A DNA stretch of 19,961 nt from Octopus sinensis (lineage: Eukaryota): assembly GCF_006345805.1 (NCBI RefSeq), contig NW_021824106.1, positions 1 through 19,961 of the forward strand, written 5' to 3'. Within the stretch, counting starts at the first letter, position 1. Each line of letters begins with the position of its first letter. A program made the translations under genes and the position numbers. Below are positions 1 through 9,928 of this stretch, in pieces. The notes under the pieces were generated by a model. It was not told the origin of the DNA. It saw nothing but the letters and a program-made list of their open reading frames with translations, and did not search any database.

Positions 1-87
1 AGCTTCAACAACACAGAATTCTTGAATAATTTTTTTTTTTTAATGAATAAATGAATTTGAAAGATTGCTTCGGTATAATAGGACTGC

Positions 88-200
88 TTTGGTCAGCTAG
101 TAAAAATGAGTAACCCTTCGACGGATCGGTGACCTGTCTAGTGAGGAAGATATATGCACTACAGAATCCGGAAAACCAGCCTTATTGGAAGCCATTTGGA
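88..200 (+). mobile_element. Degenerate SINE fragment (CORE-like segment plus tail)
   Basis: cagctagtaaaaatgagt resembles cagctggcaaaaatgagt in the CORE-type SINE near 6805. The rest is highly decayed. Confidence 0.3.
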
Positions 201-554
201 TTTTTTTTAAATTTGTGTAGTAACTGACGAATTTTTTGCATTACATTTCTCATAATATCGTTCTCTCATTTCATCTATTGGTTGAAATACCAGTTTTATT
301 GTATTCTGTCGATTCATTTACCGAATGGATTTACATGTGAATGAAACTATATACTATTTGAAGTACAGATACTCTTCAAGTGTTTCAACGAATGAGATGT
401 GGCTGTAATTTCCATTCTAAAAGTTTGTCTAAAAACAGGATTATCTAACTACTAAGATGAAAATTTCTTCATGTCAGTATGACAAATTTTGGTACGGATC
501 TGTTTTCTAAATTCCTTTTAATTTGTCAAATGCCTTCCAGTTTGTCCATTACAA

Positions 555-823
555 TCTCTCTATATATAAACGGTAAAATGTGTGTGTGTGCGTGTCCTTT
601 ATGCAAATCCACAATTTTTCAGTTAGAGGGCTCGCATATTCTATGGTCATTCAAAACCGTCCAAGGGTGGTCGTGCATACGTCAATTGAATGCCAGCTAG
701 CTGTATGTGATTTGGACAGTACTCGCGGAGATTTGGACAGTACTCGCGTGTATGTGCGCACGCACGCAGCTGTATATGCATGCACTAGCACTATGACCCG
801 GCAACGCCGGATCATAGTGCTAA
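555..823 (+). mobile_element. Non-autonomous Helitron
   Basis: 5' TC(TCTCTATATATAAA) follows A554. The 3' end has a GC-rich hairpin (786-822, loop AAC) and terminal CTAA followed by T824, i.e. an A|T target. Internal (TG)n and a 19-bp direct repeat (709-727, 730-748). Confidence 0.72.
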
Positions 824-1319
824 TCAGTATATATATAACATTACCTTGGCATATTTCTTATACTAATAATGAGTTACCTCCCTGATTGCTGAACTGAATG
901 CGGCGAAAGCAAGTGAGAAAGACGGACAAATGAATATTCCATTCTCTGCTTATAAATCATTTATTTATAAGTACAGCAAATCGCTCTCATTGGCCACAAT
1001 TATTTTCTTTTGTATTTAGTATTTGCCAAAGTACCCTGGGTGGCTTTATTATTGAGCAGTTGTTTACATACGTAGAGGCATACATGAACGCGCACATCGA
1101 ACATTAATCTGTTTTGTATTGATTTTTTTGTTTCGTTTTATATTTTTTTTTCATTTAATTTTGTTTCAAGAAAATATTCATTACACAAATGTAAAACAAA
1201 TTTCCGTGGGAAGTGTATACGGGCGTGTCACAGAGAAAAATGCAAATAAACATTTAACTGACACTCAAACAATACTCACATGTATGGAACTCTTGACGAA
1301 TTATCTCGAATCCCCTTTA

Positions 1320-1800
1320 TATGCGCGCGTGTGTGTGTAAGCGCTGCGTGCGCGTGTTCATGTGTTTGCGTACATGTATGTATTCCTATATATATGTACA
1401 TATATATACCTATATGTGTGTATATATACTTGTGTATGCGTACGTGCGTTTACGTATGTAATGTATATGTATGTATGTATATATATAATATATATATATA
1501 ATATATATATATATATATTATAATATATAAATATGTATGTATGTATATTTATGTGTATATAATATGTGTGTGCATGTGTGTATGTATTATATATATATAT
1601 ATGTATAATATATTTATATATATATGTATATATATATATTGTATATATATGTGTTTGTATGTGTCTGTATATATATATATGTGTGTATGTGTGTGTACAT
1701 ATATACATATATATACATATATACATACATACACACATTTAGGTATAGATACAAATACACATACGTATGTATGTATGCATGCATGCATGCGTATAGGCAT
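1320..1800. repeat. Compound (TA)n/(TG)n/(CA)n/(TATG)n microsatellite
   Basis: Visible directly; boundaries approximate. Confidence 0.95.
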
Positions 1801-2219
1801 GCGTACGTAAATTCTGCAATGAACGTAAGATATTCAAGTGAATTGTCTCGACTGTCAATTGATATTCAATATACAAGCTTAAGACTTCCGCAGAACGATC
1901 AGCAGAAATTTTAGCTCCAACACACAATACTGCGCTCAGCTCGATATTCCCTGTAACCTGACTGTGACTTACCATTTCACTTGCTAGTGTTTATTTATAT
2001 GAATAATTGAATAAATAAACAGTAGTTTGGACATGACTGGCTACAACGCATAAGTCGTAGAGAGCCTTCCTGTTTGACATCTATTCTCTTCTGGAATATG
2101 GGTGGGTGTTCTTCATTTTCTGCAAACCCACCCGTTCGACATATTATCTTGCAATGCAAGTGCTTGTATTTATTTTATCGTCCAGCGTAAGAATGGGAGA
2201 AATGGTAATCTATATACAT

Positions 2220-2266
2220 AAATAATAATAATAATAATAATGATAGTAATGACAATAATAATAATA

Positions 2267-2297
<31 letters not shown>

Positions 2298-2341
2298 TAA
2301 TAACCAACAACAACAACAACAACAATAATAATATAATAATG

Positions 2342-2378
<37 letters not shown>

Positions 2379-2582
2379 ATAATAATAATAATATGATGAT
2401 GTGATATGATAATGAAATAATAATAATAATAATAATAATAATAACGACAACAACAACAACAATAATGATAATAATAATAATGATAATAATAATAATAACA
2501 ATAATGATAATGATAATAATAGTAATAATAATGATAATGATATAATAATAATAATAAGAAGAAGAAGAAGAAGAAGAAGAAC

Positions 2583-2652
<70 letters not shown>
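2220..2652. repeat. (AAT)n microsatellite with AAC, GAT and GAA variants
   Basis: Visible directly. Confidence 0.97.
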
Positions 2653-2654
<2 letters not shown>

Positions 2655-2780
2655 CCTACGCAGAACGCTTTCCATACAATAACCATCAGAGCATCACAAC
2701 AAATCACAGCACATACCCAAGGCACACAGAGCTGCGCTCGGTAGTGAAGTGAAAGCACGCTATAAAAATAAAACTACTGA
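2653..2780 (+). mobile_element. Extreme 3' end of an R4/Dong-clade non-LTR retrotransposon (5'-truncated)
   Basis: 2653-2682 reads ILRRTLSIQ*, matching the R4/Dong C-terminus (LGTAHILRxxL). About 100 bp of 3' UTR follows, then (AAT)n resumes at 2781; (AAT)n flanks both sides. Confidence 0.75.
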
Positions 2781-3434
2781 ATAATAATAATAATAAAGCT
2801 TAGAGTTTGCCAAGAATGTTGTCGCTTATGTCGACTACTAATCTATAAACCGCCAATATGGAATTTCCAACTACATGGCCCAACTTTCAGAGGCTGTGAT
2901 TATTTGACAACATTTAAGTTTTCAAGCGCCCGTCTTGGCCCTTCTTTTCGGCCAGGACAGCTACTGTGTTATAAATAGCGAGGTGACGCAAAACGAATCG
3001 GACAAACAGCGACCACACTTGTTCACCGAAGAAATCGCCGGAATTTGTTATAACATCTATGCATCATTAGCTATAGTATGCCCTTTTTTCAAGGTAGCGG
3101 GTATTTAAAAAGCAGATGGCCACCTGACCAGTGGAACGCGTCCAATCCACAAAAGTCGAAAGAGCAGACGCTCCAATCTAACCCGACGAGAACAGAGGCA
3201 AAGCACGACGGACATAAGATAGATAATAAAGGCAATATAGCCGTTAGCCACCTTCGCACGATTCTCAAGATTTAGCTTCTTTTTTATCCATTTCCGGATG
3301 AAATTGGCCACCCTGCGCCCTACGACGTCCCTGTCCTTGCTTATCGGGAAATCTGGATCAAACCAAACTTAAGTCAAAGTTGCACTACATGGACCGACCT
3401 ACCTGCACACCCTTCGACGTTTTCTGGTTAATTT

Positions 3435-3878
3435 TGGCAAGTTGTCACCGCCTCACATGGTGATCTTATATCAAGATAAACAGCGCATGACTTTGCAGGT
3501 GGGGCCCAGATAGCATTTTCTTCGGTTTGAGTAGCCCATCCCGCTCAAGAAGTCTCTGAATAAGGTTTGTTTAAGGATGATGAACAAAACACCCTCGTTT
3601 CCAGAGGTTAATTATTCCAACACCAAAGAATTCCTCTCAACTCATGGCTATGATGCTCCCCCACTACTGCTCGTGATCAGAGATGCACATATCAGCCACT
3701 AAGGGACATGGTCAACTGGTTAATTTCATGCAACTGACAAGCAAATCTGCGGTATTGAGCAGAATATTTACAGTAGCCTATATTTTATACCAAGACAAAA
3801 CAATGTACATGATAACACTTCAAATCAGTTAAGATCAAAGCCATGAGTACCACTGGCTGCTTTTGCATGAGGACATTA
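3435..3878. mobile_element. Non-coding interspersed repeat abutting an (ATT)n array (family and orientation unresolved)
   Basis: Recalled from memory as an abundant octopus repeat (gataaacagcgcatga...gcaggtggggccc...gtacatgataacactt). It ends directly in (ATT)n. Not verified by search. Confidence 0.4.
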
Positions 3879-3986
3879 TTATTATTATTATTTTTATTGT
3901 TGTTGTTGTTGTTGTTGTTGTCATTGTTATTATATTCTTCTTCTTCTTTTTCTTCTTCTTCTTATTATTATTGCTGCTGTTGTTGT

Positions 3987-4019
<33 letters not shown>

Positions 4020-4033
4020 TATATATATATTAT
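3878..4033. repeat. (ATT)n/(GTT)n/(TTC)n/(TA)n compound microsatellite
   Basis: Visible directly. Confidence 0.95.
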
Positions 4034-4602
4034 AAAAATCTTGCAAATTTATTCAAAATCGTCACTTAGTATACCATATTAATTGCATGAATTATTGGAG
4101 TATTTATAATTCAGCGAGAAGTAACGACGTTAGGCTTTTCCAATGCTGTTTAGATTATTCCGAATACAGCTACTACCCGAGAAAATCTCTAGAACGCTTT
4201 CGAGTTTTTACATTATCATCATCATCGGAAAAACATGGACTCCATTTCACTTGCTGAAGTCGAAAGAGAAAATTGCAAAGTACAAAAATGTGCGCTAATT
4301 GGTCGAGACAGAGAATAAATAGAGAATAAATAAATATTAGAGAATAAATATTTCAGAGATACAATCTGTTTGAAAAACAGTATTTTGAATTAATGTTAAC
4401 ATGATGATACTTGTTCAAAACTTTAAAATATCATTTAATGAGAAAGATTGTTTAAAACCTCACCGTATATAATTGTTTGTAGCTATTTTCATAATGTCCC
4501 CTGAACTGATTAAATAAATATTTTAACATTATATTAATCATGAATAATTAACTTTTACTTGATTATCATAAATTGTGTGAGTCTGTGTGTTTGTGTGCGT
4601 GC

Positions 4603-4941
4603 GTGTGGTCATTTCATTTTTTTCATTTCATTTTCATTTCATCTAGTTTCAGCTCACGAGCTGTGGCCATGCTGGGGCACCGCCATTTGGTGTTGCTACA
4701 TGATTTTACTTCAGGAATTCTTTTTAGCAATTGTAATTTGGTGCATGAGAGAGTTTGATGCAGCTGCCCTCATCTGCACCTCCTGTCGTGAAGTTGGTTC
4801 ATCTAGGACACCTGACAGGAAGAGGTCCAGCTTTATTTTGAAGACATCTGCATCCAACCCATACAGGTCTCTCAGGTTCTTCGGGAGGATACTGAAGAGC
4901 TGTGGACCTCCGAAGCCCAGGCTATTGCAGTATCTTCTCGG
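4603..4941 (-). mobile_element. CR1-clade LINE 3' end (ORF2 C-terminus, 3' UTR, (GAAAT)n tail)
   Basis: Minus 4938-4711 reads RRYCNSLGFGGPQLFSILPKNLRDLYGLDADVFKIKLDLFLSGVLDEPTSRQEVQMRAAASNSLMHQITIAKKNS*, a typical CR1 C-terminus. It is followed by the UTR and a pentanucleotide tail at 4604-4642. Confidence 0.9.
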
Positions 4942-5149
4942 TGATTTATTTACTTATATCAAGATGAAATCTGTGATTCAGAAGGATGTCTTCGAAGAGA
5001 TGTAACATTATATAAAATGGACTTTTGAGCTTGTATTTAGTGATTCTGGCACTTTATCGACTCCCTTAATCGAGTCTTCAAGAACAATTAACAACGTATT
5101 TGTTAAAAACTTTATTGTTATTTTTACAAAAGATAGTAGTAACATTCAC

Positions 5150-5250
5150 AATAACGATGATGATAATAATAAAAATAATAGTCATGATAATAATACTAAT
5201 AATAATGATGATGATGATGATAATAATAATAATATGATAATAATATAATA

Positions 5251-5281
<31 letters not shown>

Positions 5282-5306
5282 ATAATAATAATATAATAAT
5301 AATAAA

Positions 5307-5353
<47 letters not shown>

Positions 5354-5438
5354 TATAATGATAATAATAATCTAATAAATAACAATAATAATAATAATAA
5401 TGATAATAATAATGATAATAATAATAACAACGACAACA
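5150..5438. repeat. (AAT)n microsatellite
   Basis: Visible directly. Confidence 0.97.
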
Positions 5439-5597
5439 AATTTTGCCCCATGTTGTGCCATTATTTTGATTAATTACGGAATCACATCCCAACGAATTAC
5501 ATGTTAATCTTCAGAGGTTTACTTTTCAGAATTAACTCATAAACCAATCCCCTAAGGAGCAATCAATCAACTTTGGTTTAATGAGTTCTGTGTGAAC

Positions 5598-6067
5598 AAA
5601 TTTTAATTCAAGTCAATCGTTTCTCTTCCTTTTCTTTCTATGGAAGACTCAAATGGTAATATATCACGATAACATTTCGTTGAAAATAAATAAGTAAAAA
5701 ACAACTTTGTTGTGCGAATATCTATTTCTTTATTACCCACAAGGGGCTAAACACAGAGGGGACAAACAAGGACAGACAAACGAATTATGTCGATAACATC
5801 GACCCCAGTGCATAACTGGTACTTAATTTATCGACCCCGAAAGGATGAAAGGCAAAGTCGACCTCGGCGGAATTTGAACTCATAACGTAACTGCAGCCGA
5901 AATACCGCTAAGCATTTCGCCCGGCGTGCCAGCTCGCAAATTTGAATTCAAGTTAATCGTTTCTCTTCCTTTTCTTTCTATGGAAGACTCAAACGGTAAT
6001 ATATTCACGATAACATTTCGTTAAAAATAAATAAGTAAAAAAAAGAAAACTTTATTGTGCGAATATC
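5598..6067. repeat. 125/130-bp direct repeat (5598-5722, 5938-6067) flanking a SINE
   Basis: By-eye alignment gives about 6 substitutions and 2 indels. Both copies abut the SINE ends exactly. Confidence 0.93.
5723..5937 (-). mobile_element. tRNA-derived SINE (family B)
   Basis: Near-identical to 19306-19537. B-box-like GAGTTCAAATTCC on minus; small deletion near the 5' end. Confidence 0.9.
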
Positions 6068-6702
6068 GTCCAAGTCTTGACGTTGTTGTTTTAAACTGTA
6101 ACAGTTCTTGTTAATGTTTAGTCCCAAGTCAGCGTTACCTGTGCCGAGTTATAAGCCAAAGGCGTTCCAAACATAACCATCTAGCCTTCGTGCGTGATTT
6201 CGCGTATAAAAACTACATCATGCTAGTTTTATAAGGTTTTAAGTGATGCTTTAAGAGAGATCTGACAATCCCTAGTTTCTTAATCTACGTAACCAATGGC
6301 TGACAAATGAATTTTTGTCAACAAAATTTTACTTCCCTAAATATTTTCATAATCTTAAAATATTTTTGGGGGTTTTTTAATAATATTTTTGTTGTTTTTG
6401 TAAAATCTCAGAAAATAATTAAAAAATTCACATTTTTTGTCAAATTATTTTGTTATATTTGTCTATCTATCCAACTGTAAACATTTTAAATATTTCACTA
6501 ACTTTTTGTTATAACTTGGCAAAAGGGTACATTTTTTGCCCAAAATTGCTAAATTTGTTCCCAGTCTTCTGTATTTTAGTAACGATGCTTTGACAAAAGG
6601 TCTGTATTTCTTCATACCTCCTTTTCTACGCCCTCCCTGCTTTGCATTTAGTTCAACCTCCTCTGGCTTAATTGGGCCATTTTTATGAATTAGTCGTGAA
6701 GT

Positions 6703-6995
6703 CGCCTGGCTTAGTAATTAGGGAGTAAGGTCGGGAGGCTGATTCACGGCGGCGCGTTGTGTCCTTAAGCAAGACACTTTATTTCATATTACTCCTCTCC
6801 ACTCAGCTGGCAAAAATGAGTTGTATCTGCAATTCAAATGGCCAACTTCATCACATCCTGTGTCACGCTGATTCATCCCGAGAAATACGTTAAGCGTACG
6901 TGTGTTAATTTCACGAGCAGGCCCTTCCATCGTTGTTAAGCGTACGTGCATGTTAATTTCACGAGCAGGCCCTTCCATCGTTGTTGTAACTGAGT
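6703..6995 (+). mobile_element. CORE-type tRNA SINE, degenerate, with internal 46/48-bp tandem duplication
   Basis: A-box-like tggcttagtaa at 6707. CORE-like ccttaagcaagacactt...ccactcagctggcaaaaatgag, homologous to 18690-18989. Duplication at 6889-6934 / 6935-6982. Confidence 0.72.
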
Positions 6996-7737
6996 GACAG
7001 TTAGGGGGAAGCGGGCAGCGACTGTGATACTCTTTCCGGCATCTCCAAGTCTGACAGTGGGAATGTTTGAATTATTCCTTCGACTAGGAGGGCAATCACG
7101 AATATTTTGAACAGAATAGACAACATAGACACCCGAGTACCAGATAATAAATTTAAACCAGGAGATAGACTAAGTCTAACTCACAGAGACTAGGTCTGTC
7201 AGTTCAGCTGATCTACTTTCCCCAAAATATTTTCGACCAATTCTATATTCTGATCTCGTTTTGCTTTTCCTTGCTGGGAGTATTCACGAAATTATCCCCA
7301 CTTTCCCATCTTGCCGTTTAGTAACATGTCTTGCCTGCATCAAACGGTTATAGTATCAAATAAATATAAGTATCATAATAAATGTATTCATGTTTACTTA
7401 TGGGTATTATAATATGAACCCTAATGAAAATCTGAGGAAAAAAAATGAAGCATTTCTCATATCCAACACTTTTCGAGTAAGATGAATGTATTACAAAATA
7501 ATCTAAAATATTCATTTCGATTTTAATATGCAGTTATCTAGGAAACTGTTACCTCATATATTCACTTTAGGTATCTTATTTTCTAATTACGAAAACAATT
7601 TCACATAACAAAACTGCAAGAGCTTCTACTGGGTCGTTTTAACCTTTTAAACATAGTGGCGAAATCTTCCTCGAAGCAGCATTTAAAAAAGACAGAAAGA
7701 AAGAAATAAAGGAAAAAATGAAAGAAGGATGAATATA

Positions 7738-7885
7738 TAGGCGGAGACATGGCTGGGTGGTTAAAGCTATCGCTTCGTAACCAGGTAGTTTTGGGTTCAG
7801 TTTTATTAGTTCAGCTGCTACAAAGCTGGTTGACTAATGCCATGTGGTGAGTTTGGCAGAAACAAAAACTATTTGCAAGCGATCC
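7738..7885 (+). mobile_element. 5' half of an old family-A SINE
   Basis: aggcggagacatggctgggtggttaa...gggttcag and tttggcagaaacaaaaact...aagcgatc align to the head of the intact copy at 10134-10280. Confidence 0.6.
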
Positions 7886-7966
<81 letters not shown>

Positions 7967-8112
7967 ATATCTATCATCTATCACATTTATCTATCTATCT
8001 ATCTGTCCATCTGTTTGGCTGACTGACTGTCTGTCTGCCTGTCAATCTATCTATTTGTCTGTTTGTCTCTCTATCTAATCTATCCATATATATACATATA
8101 TATATATATATG
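7886..8112. repeat. (ATCT)n, (CTGT)n and (TA)n microsatellites
   Basis: Visible directly. Confidence 0.95.
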
Positions 8113-8358
8113 AAATTAATTAAGGGTAGAAATTGATATTTATCAATTAAGACCAGTGGTCTAGCATATTAAAAAAGAATCCGAAGATTAAAATATTTAT
8201 ATATACCAATTAAGGACTGAACACGAAAAGTGGACAGTCAACATGCTAGATATAGACGTCAAATCGCCATTCACCACAAAAGATTATGTTCTCAGATCAA
8301 ACTCAACACAAAACCATAGCAATAAACAAGTGAAAAATATACGAAATAAAATAATTAC

Positions 8359-8423
8359 CCATGTACTAAATTAGTTTCAGCTGTTATTTTCCGCAAGGAA
8401 AACTGCAGCCATCATCAGCATGG
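8359..8423 (-). ncRNA. Type I hammerhead ribozyme, copy 1
   Basis: Minus: CCATG (stem I) CUGAUGA U GGCUG-cag-UUUUCC-uugc-GGAAAA-uaa-CAGCU (stem II) GAAA CUA-auu-UAG (stem III) UA / CAUGG. Core complete; predicted GUA cleavage between 8364 and 8363. Confidence 0.88.
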
Positions 8424-8865
8424 TCCGTTATAAATGTAATTTGCTGGACTAGATGCAAACACGATACCGAAATATCGCGTGCATGGAGTTCAGCCTATTA
8501 CATTTGAATATATCTTTCAAATGCCTTTACTTTGGCGCGTTGGAACCCGAGAAAACTAGCCTGCAGCTAATAATTAGCAGCAGTTAATTTATCGGTTAGA
8601 GAACATATTTATTTATATAAAATTAATTAAGGGTAGAAATTGATATTTATCAATTAAGACCAGTGGTCTAGCATATTAAAAAAGAATCCGAAGATTAAAA
8701 TATTTATATATACCAATTAAGGACTGAACACGAAAAGTGGACAGTCAACATGCTAGATATAGACGTCAAATCGCCATTCACCACAAAAGATTATGTTCTC
8801 AGATCAAACTCAACACAAAACCATAGCAATAAACAAGTGAAAAATATACGAAATAAAATAATTAC

Positions 8866-8930
8866 CCATGTACTAAATTAGTTTCAGCTGTTATTTTCCG
8901 CAAGGAAAACTGCAGCCATCATCAGCATGG
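8866..8930 (-). ncRNA. Type I hammerhead ribozyme, copy 2
   Basis: Identical to copy 1, 507 nt away. Predicted cleavage between 8871 and 8870. Confidence 0.88.
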
Positions 8931-9326
8931 TCCGTTATAAATGTAATTTGCTGGACTAGATGCAAACACGATACCGAAATATCGCGTGCATGGAGTTCAG
9001 CCTATTACATTTGAATATATCTTTCAAATGCCTTTACTTTGGCGCGTTGGAACCCGAGAAAACTAGCCTGCAGCTAATAATTAGCAGCAGTTAATTTATC
9101 GGTTAGAGAACATATTTATTTATATAAAATTAATTAAGGGTAGAAATTGATATTTATCAATTAAGACCAGTGGTCTAGCATATTAAAAAAGAATCCGAAG
9201 ATTAAAATATTTATATATAAATTAAGGACTGAACACGAAAAGTGGACGGTCAACATGCTAGATATAGACGTCAAATCGCCATTCACCACAAAAGATTATG
9301 TTCTCAGATCTATATATATATATGTA

Positions 9327-9793
9327 TATAACTAATGTAGGATAAAAATGTTTTCGAAAAAAAAAGAAAAAATTTTTTTTCTTTTTTTCCGAAAAAAGCT
9401 TGATCCGACATTAGTTGTAAATTTAATAGTGTTCACTTCCCGATTCTCTCTGTGAAAATTTCTAGTTCGAATCACACGTGCCTCGAGATGTGCCGAAGAT
9501 TTTCTATTTTAGATATATTTGGGGTACTTAGATCTGCTCAAGACTTAGTGCTTGCTTTTTCCATGGGCATGAGTAAGTATTTCATTTATGTCTTACGTAT
9601 TTATCGCTGACGAGGGGAAAATTCTTATGAATTAACCCCGAAATTGGGACCAATACGGTAATAACGGATTTTTTAGAAATTTCTATCGGCTTGTTTCGAG
9701 ACGCACAAACTATAATGGTTATTGACAATTTTGTCTTTTTTTCGGCATATTTGGCATTAGAATTTTTCTTTTGCCCTTATCTTGTAAGTTTTA

Positions 9794-9794
<1 letters not shown>
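9327..9794 (+). mobile_element. Second hammerhead-bearing non-coding element (family 2), Penelope-like pLTR-type
   Basis: Bounded by (TA)n on both sides. Long hairpin at 9327-9419 and a hammerhead at 9601-9661. No ORF; no evident similarity to family 1. Confidence 0.7.
9601..9661 (+). ncRNA. Type I hammerhead ribozyme
   Basis: UUAUCG (stem I) CUGACGA GGGG-aa-AAUUC-uuau-GAAUU-aa-CCCC (stem II) GAAA UUG-ggac-CAA (stem III) UA / CGGUAA. Core complete; predicted AUA cleavage after 9655. Confidence 0.9.
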
Positions 9795-9824
<30 letters not shown>

Positions 9825-9928
9825 AGATATAATATATATATATATAGCATATATATATATATATGATGTGTGTGCATATGTGTATGCATGTATGTATGCA
9901 TGAGTGTTGTCTATGTATGCCTATGTGT

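Larger units (their letters stand above)
8113..9310 (-). mobile_element. Hammerhead-bearing 507-bp tandem repeat (two full units plus a 184-bp partial); Penelope-like pLTR or retrozyme-like element, family 1
   Basis: Units 8113-8619 and 8620-9126 are identical by eye. The partial unit 9127-9310 differs by a 2-bp indel and one substitution. (TA)n on both sides; each full unit carries a type I hammerhead on minus. Confidence 0.85.

Noticed and set aside
1968-1986. Strong minus-strand donor ATG|gtaagt with a possible 11-nt micro-exon
   Set aside because: The acceptor lacks a pyrimidine tract, and the frame continuing from the candidate exons hits a stop immediately.
2098-2135. GC-rich hairpin atgggtgggt...acccacccgt
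   Set aside because: Short stem with no SECIS, ribozyme or miRNA hallmarks.
3150-3260. SNLTRRE and DNKGNIAV peptides resembling a Penelope RT N-terminus
   Set aside because: They lie in different frames with wrong spacing and no downstream RT motifs.
1972-4255. 14-mer ccatttcacttgct at 1972-1985 and 4242-4255
   Set aside because: One 14-bp match in 20 kb of AT-rich DNA is expected by chance and the flanks do not align.
5534-5587. 14-bp inverted repeat aactcataaaccaa / ttggtttaatgagtt
   Set aside because: AT-rich and short with an unpaired spacer; no supporting context.
6463-6693. About 76 stop-free codons on the minus strand (NGPIKPEEVELNAKQGGRRKGG...)
   Set aside because: No recognisable domain or splice signals; probably part of an unclassified repeat.
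7101-7193. NKFKPGDRL peptide reminiscent of integrase C-termini
   Set aside because: A single short motif bounded by stops, with no catalytic core nearby.
8424-8619. Possible SECIS in the structured region of family 1 (some Penelope-like elements encode selenoproteins)
   Set aside because: No RUGA/GA quartet with an apical AA motif was found in the hairpins.
8113-9310. CRISPR-like or satellite interpretation of the tandem repeat
   Set aside because: There are no unique spacers and no cas genes, and the context is eukaryotic; the units are long, identical and ribozyme-bearing.
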